Below, one piece after another: positions 57,859 through 61,976 of a stretch of DNA of 61,976 nt (position 1 is its first letter; each line of letters opens with the position of its first letter). Position numbers and translations under genes: made by a program. Source of the DNA: a virus. Taxonomy: Duplodnaviria > Caudoviricetes. Below the pieces are notes generated by a model that was not told the origin of the DNA, made no database searches, and saw only the letters and a list, made by a program, of their open reading frames with translations. The DNA is taken from the IMG/VR virus record IMGVR_UViG_3300020340_000001, positions 1 through 61,976 of that record. One strand, 5' to 3'.

Positions 57859-60335
57859 TATCTATCCTCTCGGTCATCGCGTAGAGCTTCATCCCTATCC
57901 CTTTCCGACTCAGCTCTAGTCCGTCGTTCTTCTCCTACAGTCTTAGCCATGTCAATAATGACCTTGGCTTCTTCCAAGTCCTTCTTAGCTTCGCTTTGCT
58001 CGTTCTGCGAGGCTATGCGGTTTGCTTCCAATGTAGCAGTAGTGGCTGCTTTCTCTTTGTCGAGGTTCAACCTTTCCTGCTCAAGCGCACCATCCATAGC
58101 GTCTTTAGCCGCTTTGCGCTGTAGTTCACCTTGTTTAATCTGTAGCTCCGCTTGCTTCATCTGGAACACAGGGTCTTGTGCCTGTTGCTGTGCAGCCGCT
58201 TGTGCCGCATTAGCTTGTTTCTCTTGCGTAAGCTGTTGTCCTGCTTTAGCCAGTAGTCTTGCGAGGCGTTTCTCCAGTGCTTGTGGCAGTTCCTCATCAG
58301 GCGCAGGTAACGGCGCACCCAACTCAGCTTCCATCTGCTCTCTATAAAGAAAGGCCATGTGCTCCCCTATATGTGCTTTAAGAGCAGCTACAATCTGTTG
58401 TCCTGCTGGAGTTTGGCCTAGATACGCGGCTATCTGAGGATCGGCAAGGAACGCTTCGTGTACAGCAATATGCGCTCTATGGTCTTGATAAATAAACGCT
58501 TTTATCGGTTTACCCACCAACACGTTCATATTCTCACTTACTGGGTCAATAGGATTAATATCGTCTTTAGTAGGCACTAGCTTGTCTGCGTTCTTTATGC
58601 CCAGCACCTCGATCATTTGCCTGTGTAACTGAGGCAGGTCGTATATCTGTGGGGCTGTCTGTGACATTTGCAGCACAGCCTGATACTGCACCACCCGTTG
58701 GGCCATCGTACTGCTGTTAGGGTCACTAACAGGGATGACTTCAACCATCGCGTAGTCTTCACGTCTTGCACGGGGTTCACCACGATCTGGTACATATACA
58801 TAAGTTTCAGGGGCGTGCTCAGAAATAATTGCACGGAGCAGTTTGAACTCCTGCTTCATTGCATAATGCACCCGCGCCTGTACCGCAGCCATTGGTTTTA
58901 ACGTACGTTCCAATAAAGCTAGTGTGGTTCCAACCGGAGCATTAGCACTCATGTCCGATATGTTCATATCAGAGATAGCGCCAAGTCGCCTACCTTCTTC
59001 CGTGATCTGCTTAAGTAGCGCAAGCAATGTTTGACTTGGCTCCTTATAAGGAAGGGTCATTATGTTTTCTTTTATGCTGCCACTTGGCACGTCTACGTCT
59101 TTAAACTCGCCCGGCCCTATGGGTCCATCATCACCCAACACACGAAGGCCACGGGTTTTTAGACCGCCCGGTAGGTTACTTAGCGTACCAGCGTCAACTA
59201 ATTGACGGATAAGAGAAGTACCTGCTTTAGCATATCCACCAATAATGTGAATTAAACCAAGACCATAGAAGCCAAATCCCGGTACGTAAGCGTAATGGAC
59301 AAAATGTTGACGCTTAAGTGTCAAAGGATCGTCAGGGTTCCAGTTGCGTCTTACCGCCAATACTTCACCCGTGCCACGCTCTACAGTGATAACGTAGGGT
59401 TTAGCTATCTGTAACTCTTCATCATCTTGATCTATATCATCAATAACCATATCAACGTGAAACTCGCAGATGGTATAGCGGTCATCAGCATTTAGTGTGT
59501 AACCACCTTGCTCTGCTTTAGCTTCTTCAATATCGGTATGGAACGTTTCAGGGTCACCTAAGTCTATCTGCCGATAGAAACCCAGTGCCTGTAACTTGAT
59601 GAGTTCATTCTTGGTCTTACGCATTACGTGTGTAACACGCTCTGCTGTCTCCAGATTAGAAGCGCCATACGGCACAACCACATCTTCCGCAGGTATAAAC
59701 ATAGCTACCTGCCGACCAAGGTTGGGATCGTAATACACTTTCTTAAAGGCTGATCCTGCAAGACCGAGACTATAGAGTAGTCTTTCGTGTTCGGGTCGGT
59801 ACTCGACCATGACCTCGGTAAGTTCGTAGTTCATGTCGGTACGAACACGTAGAGCAGCGTCTTCCTTCTCCTGACTAATTTCACCTAGAATCTTAGTCTT
59901 GACAGGACCAGCGGCGGGAAACGTTTCGCTCATCGCTTCAGCTTGGAAACGAATAGCGGCTTCAGCTAGTACGTTACTGTACACCCCACAGGCATCTTCC
60001 CACGGGTCTGTACGTTCTTCGTACTTAAATCCAATAACATCAAGTCCCTTAACAAAGGTATCAGCCCAGTCCTTACGGCTTGACTTATCAGATTCAAAAT
60101 CTTCAATTAATTCAGAGGCTATAGTAGTTAGAAGCTGGTCATCCATATAGTCGGCAAGGTTGGCATCAAACGGCGCTCCCGCAGTTTCTTCCATACCTTC
60201 TTCAGGAACGAGCGTAAACTCAACACTTCCATCATCCATAGTCACCATGTCAGGATTAACAATCCCAATCTCTAAAGTTTCTTCTTCTACACTTATACCT
60301 TCTGGTGTTGCATATAACCCTTTCTCAATAGCCAT
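57858..60335 (-). CDS. Portal protein
   Basis: 825 aa directly after terL; FPAAGPVK, GFYGLG, LPYKEPS, long C-terminal coiled coil (P22-like). Confidence 0.88.
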   Translation of the reverse strand: MAIEKGLYATPEGISVEEETLEIGIVNPDMVTMDDGSVEFTLVPEEGMEETAGAPFDANLADYMDDQLLTTIASELIEDFESDKSSRKDWADTFVKGLDVIGFKYEERTDPWEDACGVYSNVLAEAAIRFQAEAMSETFPAAGPVKTKILGEISQEKEDAALRVRTDMNYELTEVMVEYRPEHERLLYSLGLAGSAFKKVYYDPNLGRQVAMFIPAEDVVVPYGASNLETAERVTHVMRKTKNELIKLQALGFYRQIDLGDPETFHTDIEEAKAEQGGYTLNADDRYTICEFHVDMVIDDIDQDDEELQIAKPYVITVERGTGEVLAVRRNWNPDDPLTLKRQHFVHYAYVPGFGFYGLGLIHIIGGYAKAGTSLIRQLVDAGTLSNLPGGLKTRGLRVLGDDGPIGPGEFKDVDVPSGSIKENIMTLPYKEPSQTLLALLKQITEEGRRLGAISDMNISDMSANAPVGTTLALLERTLKPMAAVQARVHYAMKQEFKLLRAIISEHAPETYVYVPDRGEPRARREDYAMVEVIPVSDPNSSTMAQRVVQYQAVLQMSQTAPQIYDLPQLHRQMIEVLGIKNADKLVPTKDDINPIDPVSENMNVLVGKPIKAFIYQDHRAHIAVHEAFLADPQIAAYLGQTPAGQQIVAALKAHIGEHMAFLYREQMEAELGAPLPAPDEELPQALEKRLARLLAKAGQQLTQEKQANAAQAAAQQQAQDPVFQMKQAELQIKQGELQRKAAKDAMDGALEQERLNLDKEKAATTATLEANRIASQNEQSEAKKDLEEAKVIIDMAKTVGEERRTRAESERDRDEALRDDREDR

Positions 60336-61870
60336 TAGTAGTACCCGCCTCTACGTTGCTTAAAGTATTGCACTTCTTCTGCTTCATCCGAAGGCAACCT
60401 TATGAATCCACCTTTCCTGTATCGCATCATTGCTAATGATACAGAGTCCACATAGTCATCATGCTCTCCTGATGGGAAGGAGGCAACCTCGTCTATTACT
60501 TCTTCAGCCCAACTTGTATTCGGTGCCCATACTAAACCTGAAGCAAACAAGTCAGACACTGCGTTCAATCTTGTTATTTTGTCGTTACCTCGCGTCGGAG
60601 TAAACTCCTGCACGGGTATTCCCATCGCCCGAAGCTCGTAAATTAGCGGTGCTCCTGACGCTTTTTTCTCTACAAGTAGCGAATCTGGTTGCCACTCGTC
60701 GTACTGTTCTATAGATATGCGCTTTAACTTGGGAAACTCCATCCTTTCCCTGAACGCATTAAGCAATATCACGTTTGCTTGCTCTACTCCGTTGTCATCT
60801 GGGTGGTAAAACACCCCCCATGTCGTACAAGCCGAGTAGTCAGCCCGATTATTCTTCTCAAACGCCGTATCCCACGCCATTAACACGAAATCACACGGGG
60901 GAGGGTTCTCTTCTTCCCACGTTTGCCACCATTCGCGCTTCACAATAGCCGATGTTTCCGATGTCGGCTGCTGTTGGTACTGCGCCATCCACTTTGCGTT
61001 AGGTAATTCCTCTTTTAACGCGCTTAATTCCGTTTTTGACCAGAATTCAGGCCACAGTGGAGTGCCGCTTGGCATAAGTGCAGGAAATTCAATGACTTCC
61101 CACTCATCTCCACCCCTTTGTGCGGAAGATTTGATAACTTTTGCCGTCAAATCCCGCAAACTCCAGCGTGTCATCACTATGACGATGGCTCCACCCGGCT
61201 GTAGACGCTGCCTTGGCCCTGATGTGTACCACTCGTACGTCTTATCGTAGACATCTGGGTTGATTTCGGCCAGTGCTGCCTCTTGTTCCGAGTGCGGATC
61301 GTCAATTATCAGCAAATCCGCGCCCTTACCAGTAACCGCACCACCCACACCTATCGCAAAATAGTCACCACCCTTGCTCGTGTTCCATCTTCCTGCCGCT
61401 TTACTGTCTGCTGACAGGTGTAAATCAGGAAATATCTCTTTATAGGACTCCTGATCCACTAAATTTCTTACCTTACGACCAAATCCCACGGCTAACTCCG
61501 CCGTGTGAGAGGTTTGAATCACCTTTTTATGGGGATATTGCCCCAAAAACCACGCAGGTAACAGGTAACTTGCAAACTCACTCTTGGTATGACGGGGTGG
61601 CATGTTAATAATGAGGCGTTTACTCTCACCTTTTGCCACTCTTTCAAACGCCGCCGCCATTCTTGCGTGATGTTTCCCACTAATAAACGTAGGCCACATC
61701 TGTTTCACGAAATCTATAAACTTAGTCTGTGCTCTTTTCTTCTTCTTGAGCTTGTTCAACTGCTCTAGTTCTGCCAGCAGCTTCTCCTGCTCTAGCTGCG
61801 AGAGTAGTGGTAAGATAGAGGGAATATCCTTGAGAGTAATATTATCGAACGGTGATGCAGTATTACTCAT
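60335..61870 (-). CDS. terL: Terminase large subunit
   Basis: MPPRHTKS Walker A, IIDDPH Walker B, VMTRW, QYQQQP, WDTA, HDDYVDS. Confidence 0.95.
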   Translation of the reverse strand: MSNTASPFDNITLKDIPSILPLLSQLEQEKLLAELEQLNKLKKKKRAQTKFIDFVKQMWPTFISGKHHARMAAAFERVAKGESKRLIINMPPRHTKSEFASYLLPAWFLGQYPHKKVIQTSHTAELAVGFGRKVRNLVDQESYKEIFPDLHLSADSKAAGRWNTSKGGDYFAIGVGGAVTGKGADLLIIDDPHSEQEAALAEINPDVYDKTYEWYTSGPRQRLQPGGAIVIVMTRWSLRDLTAKVIKSSAQRGGDEWEVIEFPALMPSGTPLWPEFWSKTELSALKEELPNAKWMAQYQQQPTSETSAIVKREWWQTWEEENPPPCDFVLMAWDTAFEKNNRADYSACTTWGVFYHPDDNGVEQANVILLNAFRERMEFPKLKRISIEQYDEWQPDSLLVEKKASGAPLIYELRAMGIPVQEFTPTRGNDKITRLNAVSDLFASGLVWAPNTSWAEEVIDEVASFPSGEHDDYVDSVSLAMMRYRKGGFIRLPSDEAEEVQYFKQRRGGYY

Positions 61871-61976
61871 CGGCGGTTTCCAAGTCCTCCAACTCCAACG
61901 CCGTACCCAGTTCTTCTTCGAGACACTGGCTCAGTGGCGTAACATCTACTACTTGAGCATTAAGCAGGTTCTTCAC

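Noticed and set aside
322-61250. Many 60-190 aa ORFs antisense to, or out of frame within, long genes (e.g. 322-510, 5139-5558, 5768-6310, 26232-26669, 57949-58347)
   Set aside because: Shadow ORFs overlapping well-supported genes, with no RBS or motifs.
61900-61976. Biological terminal direct repeat
   Set aside because: Exactly 77 nt, a common assembler k-mer length, and it lies inside terS; best explained as circular contig overlap.

Overview
This window is an apparently complete, circularly assembled dsDNA tailed-phage genome of about 61.9 kb. Bases 1-77 are repeated at 61900-61976, and the terminase small subunit gene reads through that junction. It has a podovirus-like layout and probably a Gram-negative host. 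The + strand (960-22442) carries early and replication genes: small hypothetical cassettes, a MoxR-like AAA ATPase with a VWA/metallopeptidase partner, VRR-NUC, family A DNA polymerase, thermonuclease, PD-(D/E)XK nuclease, HNH-like protein, SNF2 helicase, SSB, HTH protein and a DUF927 primase-helicase. The - strand (22439-61870 plus 1-554) carries terminases, portal, GroES, scaffold, major capsid, tail proteins, three paralogous fibres, lysis genes and very large internal virion proteins. The standout feature is an RNA-guided system ending the early operon. A 288-aa Nop/IS110-like protein with no nuclease domain (9880-10746) is followed at once by 25 units of about 36 nt (edge repeat AACGAGTCA, 9-nt spacer, loop repeat AGACAACCA, 9-nt spacer; 10750-11668). 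This matches the geometry of TIGR-Tas (TasA type). One guide reconstructs a tRNA D-arm sequence. Also notable are ten copies of an 18-bp AGATATCT-NN-AGATATCT palindrome confined to the early region, a structured intergenic RNA candidate complementary to the early-gene RBS motif GGAGAACG, and an origin-like repeat region. All assignments come from reading motifs by eye; no searches were run.
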